A stretch of 64,000 nt of DNA. Origin: Scyliorhinus canicula (Eukaryota). Made by a program: the position numbers and the translations under genes. The notes beneath the pieces were generated by a model that was given only the letters and a program-made list of their open reading frames with translations, did no database searches and was not told the DNA's origin. The DNA lies in the NCBI RefSeq assembly GCF_902713615.1, contig NC_052161.1, forward strand, positions 21,532,388 to 21,596,387, given 5' to 3'. This document shows, piece after piece, positions 13,571-25,640 of the stretch. How positions within the stretch are numbered: the first letter of the stretch is position 1; each line of letters opens with the position of its first letter.

Positions 13571-14966
13571 GCCGTGATTCCCAGCAAACTTTTGAACTGC
13601 TACGGTGCCAAGCTGGCATTTTTTACCAGCGGTGATTGGGTGCGCGGGGGGGGGGGGGGGGGGGGGGGGGTTGATGCAACCATCAATTCACTCAAGGACA
13701 CGAGTAGAAGTAAACTGTGGCTTTAATCAACTTACAACTGAGCCTGCCTGCGACTAGCTGAACTGAAGGCAGGCACGCAAGATTGCAGCAATTTATACTT
13801 CCGGTTGTGGGAGGAGCCATGGGCGGAGCACTGTACATGCTCCTCATCTCCCCCTGTGGGCAGAGCCGTGCAACGGCTCACAGATGGAGCCCACAGGGAC
13901 ACAGTGATACACAGTGTGAATTTATATTTTACATTCACCACAGGGGTGCCCTGTGAAATTGTGGGGGTTTGGGGTCACATCAGGGGCTCGAGGAGAGGAG
14001 AGACACGCTCTTCCTAGGGTGGGCCACAGACTCAAACCCACCTTCTTGAACAGTGTCGTGGCTGAGGCAGTCAGTGCTGTCAGCCTCACTAGGCAGCTCG
14101 TGATCCTGAGACGTGAGTGTCACTGGTGAGACGTCTGCTCTGAGAGGGGCAGACTACCAGGGAGGGTCCCAAAGGCCATGGTGCAGGATGTCCTTTGTTT
14201 CGGGTGAGCACTGCTAATCCTCTGCTTCCTCCTGCAGTGGGGCAGTGCTTCTGAGGAGCGCATTGATGAGTGTCAACGACAGAGCATGGCCGTGCCTAAC
14301 CCCTTGATGATACTGCTGGGGTATGTGGGTTTGCAGAGGGGCTGGCTGGTGGGTTCCCACATGACCAGAGACCCTCTGAGCATTTACAGGACACAGTGAC
14401 AATCAGCAGTGTGAACATCCAGGAGCTTGTAAGTAGCACCAGAGGGGTGAATTTCTAACACATACGGCCGTAATGGCAGTCTGAGCCAGGCCACCCCAAT
14501 CCCAAGGGACACCCCGGGTGTACAGACTTGGCACCGACCATTCCCCGGTACTTCCCCCCCCCCCCCCCCCCCCCCCCCCTCCCCCCGGCTCAGGCAGTGA
14601 AGCCCCCAGCAAACCTGACTCGTTTTTAGAGTATTTGTTCCCTCTCAATCTGCCTCAACAGCCATGGAGACCAGGCCCCTCTTGTAAATACTTGCACCAA
14701 TTTGTGCCCTTGCGACTCTCGGCTGAGAGGGGCGGAGCATCATGGAGGGGCGGAGCATACTTGTGTCCAACCCACTAATGAGATTTAAATCCATGCAAAT
14801 CACAAATCGTGCGCGGGGCACGAACTTCACAAACGCTGCCAGCGGGGGACTAGACCATGGTGTCGAAATCGGCGCCGGACGCAAGTCGTGATTTTGCTAT
14901 TAGCCGCTATTCTCTGCCCATTGCAATTCTAGCTGCCGCCACCAGGAAGTGGAAGAATTCAGCCCC
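13571..14966. mobile_element. Degraded PIF/Harbinger-type element hosting the solo LTR
   Basis: GC-rich body with poly-G/C runs and right end GAATTCAGCCCC resembling the TIR family of the other MITEs. Left end approximate. Confidence 0.45.
13672..13942 (-). mobile_element. Solo LTR related to the Gypsy element at 56225-62032
   Basis: TG...CA ends, shared termini (TGATGxAACCATCAATTCAC ... ACATTCACCACA), 5-bp TSD GGGGT (13667-13671 and 13943-13947). Confidence 0.88.
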
Positions 14967-16054
14967 GTGTGTTTTAATTCAGCCCAGACTGTTGAGAGGC
15001 AGATTTGTACCATCAGCATTAGGTAAAACAAGTTTTTTTGAGTATTCATGAACAAGCAGTTGATTTCACAGATTTGGCTCTACTTTGGAAGTCTCATGCA
15101 GAAGTTTACTTGACATCCAACTGTGCTACATCTGAGCTGGGAGTGCTTGATGAAGAAGTTGAGATACCAACATGTAACATTGATTTCTCAGATAGCCCTT
15201 ACCTAGAGGATCACCCGGATTTCTCAACAAAACTGTTTTTTTCTAATTAGGCTTCTTCAGTTTTCTGACTTGTGTTTTATTTACTAACAGAATCGAATGC
15301 AAAATTTATCAAGTATTAGTGCAATTGAAAGATATAATTAAGAATTGCTTAAAGTATTATTTGCTCTAAACATAACCTATAATCTTCTCCATATGTATGA
15401 GATAATATTGTTTTCCTCCAGTCTATTGAGTTGATGGCTGAGAGATTATTGTCTTTTCCTAAAGATATTATGATCTCTGTTGTGGGCTTTCAAGTACATT
15501 TGAACAAATATCTCTTTAATTAAGATATTTAATCTTTCAACAAACAAATCCCGCCAATAGCATTATTAATGGTGAACGGTTGGTAATGTGTCGCTCTAGT
15601 GGTATCCAATCAGCCTTTTATTTAATTCAATTTTTTGTGCACAATTAGATTACCAGCATGGGTGGTGTAAAAAGAAACCTTAATGGGTTTGAAGAACGAA
15701 CTAGGTAGGTCTAGTCAATAGCTGGGAATCTGCATTTTAGGGCCACAAGGTTCATGAGAAAACTAAATCTTCAACCCATAAACAACAACATCTTGAGCAC
15801 ACAGTTCAATAACTTTTATCTTTCAGTTTGTGTGAGATCCATTCAGTGCAAAACCATGAGTTCTCCCTCCAGGAATATTGGGCACATGTTAGAAGAACCT
15901 TCCTGTGTTAGGAGCAGCATTTAATTATGGGGAAGTCTGGATTTTATAGAACGTAGTGTATGATACAGCATATAAATACAATACACATGGAGAAACTGCA
16001 AAGCTGTTATCAGCTTGCCAGAGATGAACACATTTGAAACAGGTAATCTTCGGT

Positions 16055-16760
16055 ATTGCTGAAAAAGAAAGTGCTGTTGAAGCTTCCCGTCTTGCACAAA
16101 TCAGGGCAGCTACAAAAGATAAACCAATAAAGGGAATAATTTATGCAGCCTGAGAAGAGAGCTTTTTATTCATCCGGATGATGTGGGCATCACTGCTTGG
16201 GCCAGCAGTGACTGCCCATCCCTAATTGACCTTGAACTGAGTGGCAACCACGTTGCTGTGGATCTGGAGTCACATGTAGGCCAGACCAGGTAAAGATGGC
16301 AGATTTTCTGCCCTAAAGGACATTAGTGAACCAGATGGGTTTTTATGACAATCAACAGTGATTTCAAGGTCATTGTTAGAATTTCAAATAGTTTTACTGA
16401 ATTTAAATTTCACCATCTGCCAGGGTGGGATTTAACCCCAGGCCATTACCCTGGGTCACTATGCAGTCACAATACCACTACACCCTTACCTCCTTTTGCA
16501 CTCACCTTGCCATGGCAAATTCAGCAGAGAGCAGTTAACTGTTGACTGGTTTGAATTTGAAACAAAAGCTGGTGGTTAACAGTTAACTGCACTCTGCTGA
16601 ATCCTCCATGACCAATCAGAGTCCACTTTGCCAACCGATCAGCACTCTCTTCTCAGGCATTATAAATTGTCATTCCTTTTACCGTTACTTTATCTTGTGT
16701 GGCTGAGTGCAAGATGAAAAGCTTTGGGAACATGCATCTTTTTTTCAGCAATATTCAAGA
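16055..16760. repeat. Foldback (long inverted repeat) element with a nested repeat at 16165-16495
   Basis: 16055-16165 is the degenerate reverse complement of 16640-16760. Inner palindrome 16514-16600 (TTCAGCAGAGAGCAGTTAACTGTT / AACAGTTAACTGCACTCTGCTGAA). Confidence 0.7.
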
Positions 16761-17235
16761 TAACCTTTAGAGAATTGAGGAGAAAAGCCATCTACTAGAG
16801 CAGCAGATAATGGATACGTTCACTGATGAATCATCAGAATACGGAGACATTTTTGCATCACTGTCATCATCACCAGCAGTACCTTTCCAGAACTGTGAAT
16901 GCTATCACTGCACAAAAGACTGAATTAGGTGTTGCTGGATAGCTGGGATATATAGATATTTTGTCTCCATCATTACAAGCCAGCTTTAGGTAATGTGGAT
17001 GTAACCAAAAGGAAACACTGGACCTCAAGGTGCTAAACATCCCCAATACCAGACAACTAATTGGTTTCCCTGTTCTCAACTATTTCCACTAGTCCCGCAG
17101 AGATTGGACAAGTTGGATAGTGGATAAGCAGTGAATATTCATTGCCTCATCATTATTGGGTTTCAGAAGAATGTTTCAATCCTTGACCCTTTCTGGATTT
17201 CAGTGTTGAGACACCCACCGCTGGACAATAACAAT

Positions 17236-17779
17236 GGGCCGAATTCTCTCAGCCCAGGCCGGGCAGGAGAATCGCCGGGCCGGAGAATCATGCGACGCCA
17301 CCCCGATGCCAATTCTCTGCTCTCCAGAGAATCAGCGCCATTGGGACCGGCGCGGTCGGAGGCCGCTGTACCCCCCCCCCCCCCCCCCCCCCCCGGATGG
17401 GCCGAGCGGTCGTGCAAAAATCCGAGTCCCGACGGCACCATCCACATGTGCTCTTATCCGGCGGGACCGCGGCGTGCATGCATCTCGGGGGGGGGGTTTC
17501 CGACCCCAGGGGCGGCCTCCGCTATGGCCTGGCCCGCAATCCGGGCCTACCGATTGGCGAGCCAGCTTCTCGGGCTAGGGGCCTCTTTTGTTCCGCACGG
17601 CCCCACTGCCCATGCGCAGACCTGTGGTGCCCATCTGACGCCGGCGTGGGTCGCTCCAGTGCCATGCTGGCCCCTGGGGTCAGAATTGCTGCTACTGAGG
17701 GCATGTTGACGCCATCGAGAAATGTGACGGCATTTACGATGGTTTCAACACTTAGCCTCAGGATCAGAGAATCCCGCCC
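17236..17779. mobile_element. Harbinger-type MITE
   Basis: TIRs GGGCCGAATTCTC / GAGAATCCCGCCC, 3-bp TSD AAT on both sides. Confidence 0.8.
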
Positions 17780-18664
17780 AATATGTTTCAGAGGTTAAAA
17801 GCAGACTTAAAAGTAGAAGACAAAGGTACAGGGATACATTGCTATCCCACCATGGAAACCTTCTGGAAATTTGGTATATTCCCATTGCAAAACCAACAGA
17901 AAACATGGGTATTTCTCCAGATACACTAGCAGGTTTCAGATCTGCACACAGTTAAACTGCAAATGGTTCCTGCCCATCCCAAAAACAAAATCCAACAAAA
18001 GTAACAAATGAAATGTATGATTTTTTTTAATCGTACATTTTTGTTGGGCATAATGTTGGTTATTCAAAGCGAATTATTTTTTAAAAAGGAATGTCAAAAT
18101 TGTATTTATACAGTGGAAATTCTGTCAGCAATAATAATTTATAAGATTTTTAATTCTCATCAAATCCTTCACTGGCCATCCCCCATCCCAGTCTCTGTAA
18201 AACTTCTAACCCAACAACCATCTGCGATCTCTGTATTCCTCCAACTCAGACCTTCTCTGCATTCCCCACTCACTTCAAACCAAGATTTGCAGCCGTATAA
18301 ATCCTTAAGCTCTGGGATTCCCTTCTGAAATACCCCACAACCCCTCCTCCGTTAGGATCCTCGTTAATATCAACCACTTTAATCAAGCTTTTAATTGTAA
18401 AATGTAAGTTGCTGTTTCTGAAAATGTTGATATAATTTGGACCATTGTCGAGTGCCAAATTTGCCGCCCATGTTTCCTTCCTTGATGAGTTATTTGGTAA
18501 CTTTTGATTAATATTCCTCATGAGGTTTAACAATCTCTGTGTTCTTAGAAATTAGACCTTGAATGAGGTCAATTAGAAAGAGACCTCCAAAAAGTGTGGA
18601 ACTATTAAGCAGCACATGCAAGATAAATCTGCAGTAATATTTTAAGGTAAACTAGGATTTCAGA

Positions 18665-18870
18665 GTAAGAAGTCTGACAACACCAGGTTAAAGTCCAACA
18701 GGTTTGTTTCAAATACTAGCTTTCGGAGCACTGCTCCTTCCTCAGGTGAATGGAGGAAGGAGCAGTGCTCCGAAAGCTAGTGATTTGAAACAAACCTGTT
18801 GGACTTTAACCTGGTGTTGTCAGACTTCTTACTGTGCTCACCCCAGTCCAACGCTGGTACCTCCACATCA
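18665..18870. mobile_element. Penelope-like insertion with inverted terminal duplication
   Basis: About 80-bp near-perfect inverted arms, 12-bp TSD TAGGATTTCAGA (18653-18664 and 18871-18882), hammerhead motif in the left arm on the minus strand. Confidence 0.85.
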
Positions 18871-19473
18871 TAGGATTTCAGAAGGACTGCAGAAGAAAAA
18901 TTTCAAAGGACTTCAGTCAGGGAGCTCCTAACACTTGGAATGGTTCTGATTAAATGGAAATGAAAATCTTTGACTTTTTAAACTGCACTTTATACAGCAT
19001 CATGTGAACCATTGTTGTTTAAATGTCTTTCCAATATATGATGTAATGAGAACTTCTTGAAATTTCTAAATGTACACACTGACGCAATGAGAAGGGAACA
19101 GTTGAATTAGTTGTGATTGGATCAGCTAACTCGACCAGATAACTTCCAGCACTCTCTGATCGGAGTTTGAAAGTTTGAATTGGAGTTTAATGTGGGAACT
19201 CTAAATAAATCCTAAATAGCCCAATTCAAGTCCTGGAGATTCTGAATCACATCTTGCATTCAGGTTCTCAGTAATATTCTGTTCACTTTTCAATAACCAA
19301 TTGTGTAAATAAAGAGTCCATTACAATCCTGCAGTGCTCTTTTGGAATAGCTGTTGGCTTTTGTGTGCACTTAGGAACTTCTAGAATTTGCCATTATCTT
19401 TCAGGAATAATTCAGAAAACTACAAAGTGCAATTGGCGATGAATTGCATTCCTCCTGGTATATGGATACTGAC

Positions 19474-19566
19474 CCAAAACCCCCATTGCGAGACCTCCTA
19501 ATGCAATACCCATTGCATTGCCTCTCTCTTCATCATTAGTGTAAACACTGGCCAGCATCCCCATAC
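19474..19566 (-). CDS. SLC18A2: VMAT2 coding exon 5 ([31 protein letters not shown])
   Basis: 93 nt, CAG acceptor, GTCAGT donor. Seen within ORF 19412..19717. Confidence 0.96.
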
Positions 19567-19643
19567 CTGTATGAGAAAAGACACTTGTTAGTCTGTGTAA
19601 ATATTGTGTGATGCTAAATACTATTGTCATTGGATCTGCGGTT

Positions 19644-19989
19644 ACAACATAGAACATAGAACATAGAACAGTACAGCACAGAACAGGCCCTTCGGCCCTC
19701 GATGTTGTGCCGAACAATGATCACCCTCCTTTAAACCCATGTAACCCGTATACCCGTAACCCAACAATCCCCCCATTAACCTTACACTACGGGCAATTTT
19801 AGCAAGGCCAATCCACCTATCCCGCACATCTTTGGACTGTGGGAGGAAACCGGAGCACCCGGAGGAAACCCACGCACACACAGGGAGGACGTGCAGACTC
19901 CACACAGACAGTGACCCAGCCGGGAATCGAACCTGGGACCCTGGAGCTGTGAAGCATTGATGCTAACCACCATGCTACCGTGAGGCCCC
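19644..19989 (-). mobile_element. Young V-SINE
   Basis: Full head, V-domain and (GTTCTAT)n tail. Lies about 75 bp upstream of the coding exon 5 acceptor. Confidence 0.9.
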
Positions 19990-20377
19990 GAACATGACTT
20001 CTCAATGAAGTAAAATGTGTGTCAAGCTTCATTATGCAAATATAGGATGTATCATACTGATGTCACAATGGCCAAATATTGCAAAATTCTTAAATAATGC
20101 AAAATGCAATTTCAAAAGAAAAATCTAAACTTCGTGGTCCTGGAAAATATTAAATGCCTATTTTATTTTAACGGAAAATTATCCGCATTTTGAAGCAACT
20201 GGAAAACGTAACAGTAATTATGGAGTTTGTGTGCGCTATGTATGTGTAAGTATGCACTGTAATGTAGTTAGGCCAACATTTCTGACAAAAGAGTATGATA
20301 GTTACACGGGAGATTATTCTAATAGAGATGTTTAGTTACTATGTTATTTTCATGACACTTTGACAATTGCCCCTTAC

Positions 20378-20461
20378 CTGCCACAGAGGAGCATGAGGAC
20401 CCAATGCCCTGCAGAGACCTGGCTAAGAATAGTAGTAAGTAAGTCTTCGAGAAAGCAAACA
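20378..20461 (-). CDS. SLC18A2: VMAT2 coding exon 4 (FAFSKTYLLLFLARSLQGIGSSCSSVA)
   Basis: 84 nt, CAG/GTAAG splice sites, ARSLQGIGSSCSSVA motif. Confidence 0.96.
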
Positions 20462-21498
20462 CTGTAGGGGTAAAAAGATGCATGAGGGCTATGTAAGCAC
20501 ATTTAATTCAAGGGTTAAAGTGAACGTGGGTCATGTGAGAAGCTAAAATTTAAATAAAAATCAGAATCCAATCCCAAACCTAACCCCAAACTAGCCACTT
20601 CCAGTTTTAACCGAAGCAGGACGGTGTGTGAGTGACCAACTCACTCCAAGGAGGTGGGTTGGCATTTTAAATATTATAACAAGGTCGCAAGCCTCATTGC
20701 TATTCAGCTTTTTTTAAATTGAACTGTGGATGGTGGACTTTCCTAAGTCCCCAAAGCCCTGACAGCTTTTTGCCCCCCCCAGATGACATCTGCCACATCC
20801 GGGAGGCGAGTATCTTTACAACTACTGGGTCCAGCGCGCCTGCCTGAGGACTCAGAGTCCCCACGCACCCCGCCATCCCGCTCCAGGCCTCTAATTCCTA
20901 ACCCCCTCTATCCTCAACCCCCGTCCACCCTCCCCACCGCACATGAAGACTTCCAACATCACCCCACCAGGACCTTGGAATCAATCCCATCTTCCACCCT
21001 TATTGATCAGCCCCAGCCCCTCCTTTGGATCGACTCACCCTTAACTTTCTCCCCACCCCCTGACCAACCTCACTGAGGTTAACCAACCCATCCCTGTACG
21101 ACTGGAACAAATGTGCGCTGATAAATCAGATGGATTTCCTAGTGGGGAACTGACGGGTAGTGTCACACAGAGGCTGTGATGTTAAAGTTGCACAATTTTG
21201 GGGGAATCCCAAACTCCAGGGTTCCTTACTGACTTCCCTGCTCTCAACTATAGTTAACACAATAAATTACTGACCCACAGCTTTACGTTCAATTCAACTT
21301 TGCCACAGCAAAGCGCAGATAAGATGTTGATCTTTTTTGTCATTCAAATTGAATATCATTGTCAAGTGCAAACAAATGGTACATTTACTTTATTAGAGAT
21401 CAGTGATTATGTTAAAAGGTCTTATTGCCTGCAAACTCAGTAAGAATTAAAATCTTAAGTGTTCTGGACGAAATAAAAAATAAACTTTAAATACTTAC

Positions 21499-21557
21499 TA
21501 ACTGTTGATATAAATACGATGATAAACCCTGCAAACATTGGAATTTGATATCCTATC
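21499..21557 (-). CDS. SLC18A2: VMAT2 coding exon 3 (IGYQIPMFAGFIIVFISTV)
   Basis: 59 nt, CAG acceptor, GTAAG donor. Translation matches TM3. Confidence 0.95.
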
Positions 21558-22049
21558 CTGGAAACAAAAGAAAGCATCCGATTTATGGAGTGAATAAATA
21601 CTTAACTAATGTCTGGAATAATTTACAACTAGACGATGGTTCTTTGTAAACAGAAGCTCAATAAAACATACAAACAGTACACAAATAACTATCTGTTGTG
21701 GTTATCTGTACAATGATGTAAAATATATCAGTTATACAATCAACAATTTGATATACATACATACTATACAAGTTTGCTTGATTCTGTTTTTGAATAGCTG
21801 AGCTTTATGATTTGCATGATATACTCTGCCAGTCGGTATTTTGACTGGGGTGTCGGTACACATAGGCAAAGATGGTTACTTAAGGTCAGAATAAACTTAA
21901 TTTTGCAATTGCTACTAAGATAATTTTTTCAAATCTATGCTACAAACTTGATCTGTTGTGCAGTGAGACATCTGTCTGGGCACACGTGCACTCTGCTGTC
22001 ACCTTGCATGCATTGGCTACACAAACCCTGGCACCTACAGATACATATA

Positions 22050-22220
22050 GGGCAGAATTCTCTGTAGCCTGACGGGTGTTCTGCGGGTGTTTCACGTGGC
22101 GCCGGTGCTAGCCCCTCACCGGGACCGGAATCGGCGAGGGTTTCAAGCCGATCTTCCCATCGTGAAACACCAGGTATCCTCCGTTGGTGTCGGCACTCTC
22201 AGAAATGGAGAATCCAGCCC
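22050..22220. mobile_element. Short Harbinger-type MITE
   Basis: TIRs GGGCAGAATTCTC / GAGAATCCAGCCC. Confidence 0.65.
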
Positions 22221-22274
22221 TTTATCTTTGCCGCATGGGCACCACCTGGACAGAGTTCAGAAAACAGTATATGT

Positions 22275-22915
22275 GGTGCAATGGTTAGCACTGCTGCCTC
22301 ACTGTGCTGAGGACCCGGGTTCGATCCTGGCCCCGCCTCACTGTCCGTGTGGTGTTTGCACCTTCTCCCCATGTCTGTGTGGGTTTAACCCCACAACCCA
22401 AAGATACGCAGGTTAAGTGGATTGGCCATGCTAAATTGGCCCTTAATTGGAAAAAAATTATTAGGTACTCTAAATTTTTTTTAAAAAGCAGAATATGGCC
22501 AATAGATCGCACCCTCTATTCATCTGAACGGCAAAAATCTACCCCATTGTTGCACCCACTCAATGTTTAAGTCTTGGTTTAAAGGATGTATGGAATCCCT
22601 ACAGTGCAGAAGGAGGTCATTTGGCCCATCAAGCCTGCAGCAACCCTCCGAAGGAGCATCCCACCCAAACCCATGCCCCCGCCCTATTCCCGTAACCCCA
22701 CCTAATTGTTTTGTTTTGCACATTAAGAGGCAGTTTATCATGGCTAATCCACTTAACCTGCATATCTTTGGACTGTGGGAGGAAACCGGAGCACCTGGAG
22801 GAAATCTACGCAGACATGGAGGGAATGTACAAACTCCACAGAGACCAGTTACCCAAGGTTAGAATTGAACCCTGGCGCTGTGAGGCAGCGATGTGAACCA
22901 CCGTGTGACCGGGCC
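22275..22915. mobile_element. Two V-SINE copies in opposite orientation (22275-22487 plus, 22585-22915 minus)
   Basis: SINE head and body motifs on each strand. Confidence 0.8.
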
Positions 22916-23319
22916 GTCGCTGTCTTGTTTCGAAACTCCTTTATCCAAATGAGTCTCTCTGTAAGGTAGAAGTGTGAGTTGATTGTGTAGCAGTCTCTCT
23001 AATCTTGGTCCCCAATGTCAGATTTTCTGGATGTTGCCAAGAAAGGTAAATGATATGTAGATTGAATGTAGAAGGACAAGATCATAGAGATAAAGTACAC
23101 TGATTGAGGAACCTTAACCTGTAATATACTATCAATTGTGCATTTCACAAATTTGTCAGAGGCCACATTACATGGAATTGACAACGTGGAAATTGGCTAT
23201 TTGGTTCAACTAGCCCAGACTGTTGTTTCTGCTGCTCAGGAACATCTACCCACTATTAATTTCCTCTCGCCCAATTAGTGTATCCATCTATCCTTTTCTC
23301 CATCTCTCTTCACTCTAGA

Positions 23320-23662
23320 GTGGCACAGTGGTTAGCACTGCTGTAACACAGAGCCAGGGGCCCGGGTACAATTCCGTTTGCATAATTGCTTGTGTGCAGT
23401 TTGTACATTCTCCCCGTGTCTGAGTAGATTTCCTCCGGGTGCTCCGGTTTTCTCCCACAGTCCAAAGATGTGCAGGTTAGGTGGATTGGTCATGCTAAAT
23501 TGCCCCTTAGTGTCTAAAAAATAAGATGTAGAGGTTAGGGTAAGGGGTCATTAGGATAGGGTGGGGGACTTGGTTTGGGTGGAGTACTCTTTCAGAGGTA
23601 TGGTGCAGACTCGATGGGCCAAATGGCCCCCTTCTGCACTGTAGGGATTCTATGATTCATGT
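23320..23662 (+). mobile_element. V-SINE
   Basis: Head, V-domain and GATTCTATG tail. Confidence 0.85.
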
Positions 23663-23898
23663 ACATATCACGTGAGTTCTAGATCATTTTTAGGCACTTT
23701 TGCAAGGAGCAAGGTTTCTAGAAAGAACACTTTCACTTGATCAAGACTTTGCAAGTTGAAGTGACAATATTATTTATATATCTCATAGGGCAAGTAGGAA
23801 ATACACTGTACCCCTGAAGGCTGTGCAACAGAAATGCCCGCCAGCATTAGTGTAAGGTGCCTATGGTGAGGGTAAGGACTGGGGAAAGTAAATACAGC

Positions 23899-24642
23899 GG
23901 GCGCAATTCTCCGCACTCACGACGGTGCGGAGAATAGCGGGGGTCGTAAATTTTTACGGCCACGCTAGTCTGCGTCCCTCCCGCTATTCTCCCCCCCCCC
24001 CCCCCCCCCACGCCGGACTCCCGACACGAATCGCTGCCACCGTTTTTTTACGGCCAGCAGCGATTCTCAGCTGGCCGATGGGCCGAAGTCCAAGCCCTTT
24101 TACGGCTGTTTTTACGAACGGCAAACACACCTGGTCTGGCCGTTCGTAAAAACGGCCGTAAAGTCCCGATTTTGAAAACCATGGCACCGATTGGCACGGC
24201 AGTACCACGGCCGTGCCAAGGGTGCCATGGGCCCGCGATCGGTGGGCACCGATCGCGGGCAGCGGGTCCGATTCCCGCGCACTCTTTGTCCTTCCGCCGC
24301 CCCGCTGTATCACTTCGCGGGGCGGCTGAGGGGCATCCCGGCCCGCGCATGCACGGGTTTCGCGCAAATGCGCGATGACGTCATCCGCGCATGCGCGGGT
24401 TGGAGTCTTCCAATCTGCGCATGCGCGGCTGACATCATGTGACGCGTCAGCCGGCGCAAACTCTGGCAAGCGGGCTTAACGAAATTCATTAAGCCCGTGA
24501 TACCGGAGTTCACGGCCGCAGCATACTAGCCCCGACCGGGGACCAGAATCGGTTCCCGGTCGGAAAGGGGGAGGCTGGCGTCAAACCCGCCCGGATTTGA
24601 CGCCAGCCTTACGATTTCTCCCTGTCTGGGAGAATCGCGCCC
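23899..24642. mobile_element. Young CpG-rich Harbinger-type MITE
   Basis: TIRs GGGCGCAATTCTCC / GGAGAATCGCGCCC, 3-bp TSD AGC, internal palindromes. Confidence 0.85.
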
Positions 24643-24831
24643 AGCATGTTTGGATGGTTTAGAGCAGAAACTGGAAACCCTCAGCAGCTCAGTGAGCATC
24701 CGTGGAGAGACCAGACAAACTGTTCCATTACTTCTGACAGGGCTTTAAACCTGAGAAAGTGACTTTTTAACCAAACATTTATGGAACATGGTCACCATTG
24801 GCTGGGCCAATATTTATTTCCCTTCACATGC

Positions 24832-25122
24832 GGTGACGTGGTAGCACAGCAGTTAGCACTGTTGCTTCACAGTGCCAGGTTCAATTCCCAGCTTGGGTCA
24901 CTGTCTGTGCAGAGTCTGCATGTTCTCCCCGTGTCTGGGTGGGTTTCCTCCGGTTTCCTCTCACTGGTCCTGAAAGACATGTTTGTTCGGTGAATTGGAC
25001 ATTCTGAATTCTCCCTCCATGTACCCTAACAGGTGCCGGAGTGTGGCGACTAGGGGATTTTTGCAGTAACTTCATTGCAGTGTTAACGTAAGCCTAGTTG
25101 TGACAATAATAAAGATTATTAT
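24832..25122 (+). mobile_element. V-SINE
   Basis: Same subfamily as 9450-9757. Confidence 0.85.
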
Positions 25123-25285
25123 ATGTCTGCACTATTGGGTGTCTCCAGCACTTTAAAAAAAAATCAGGTTTGTTTGGCTCTTTGTCCATTGAGATAATTT
25201 GGTTTGTTCATTCGGAGATACATTTGTTTATTCCAGAAGATTCCACAGGGAGTGCAAGTTTTATTGTAAGAACCCAATCACTCAC

Positions 25286-25640
25286 CTGTTTGTCAGGGGG
25301 CCTATGAAGGGGTTTGTCACGAGCTGCACGGTGGCCTTTGAAGCAAACAACAATCCAACTTGGACATTCTCATTCAGCAAGTCCTTGTCCCTATTAAAAC
25401 AGCTCCCGTTGGAATCGACTGCCACAGTCGTGTTGCTCACGGAGGGCTGGGTTGTTCTGAGCACCTGCCCTTCATCTCCTCCCTCGCCTTCTGGCTCCGT
25501 TATCATTGTCGTGTTGTCATAATAGGAAAAGATTTTCTGAAATCGAGTGGCGGAAACAACTACAGGGGTCGGGGTCGGGGTCGCGGTTTCCTCCAGTGAT
25601 TGATGGTGAAGAGTATACAGGTAACTGGGGATGATGGGCA
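25286..25640 (-). CDS. SLC18A2: VMAT2 coding exon 2 (luminal loop and TM2: PIIPSYLY...DKDLLNENVQVGLLFASKATVQLVTNPFIGPLTNR)
   Basis: Inside ORF 25282..25650. Acceptor tttgcag, donor AG|GTGAG, 355 nt, phase consistent. DKDLLNENVQVGLLFASKATVQL is VMAT2-type rather than VMAT1-type. Confidence 0.97.
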
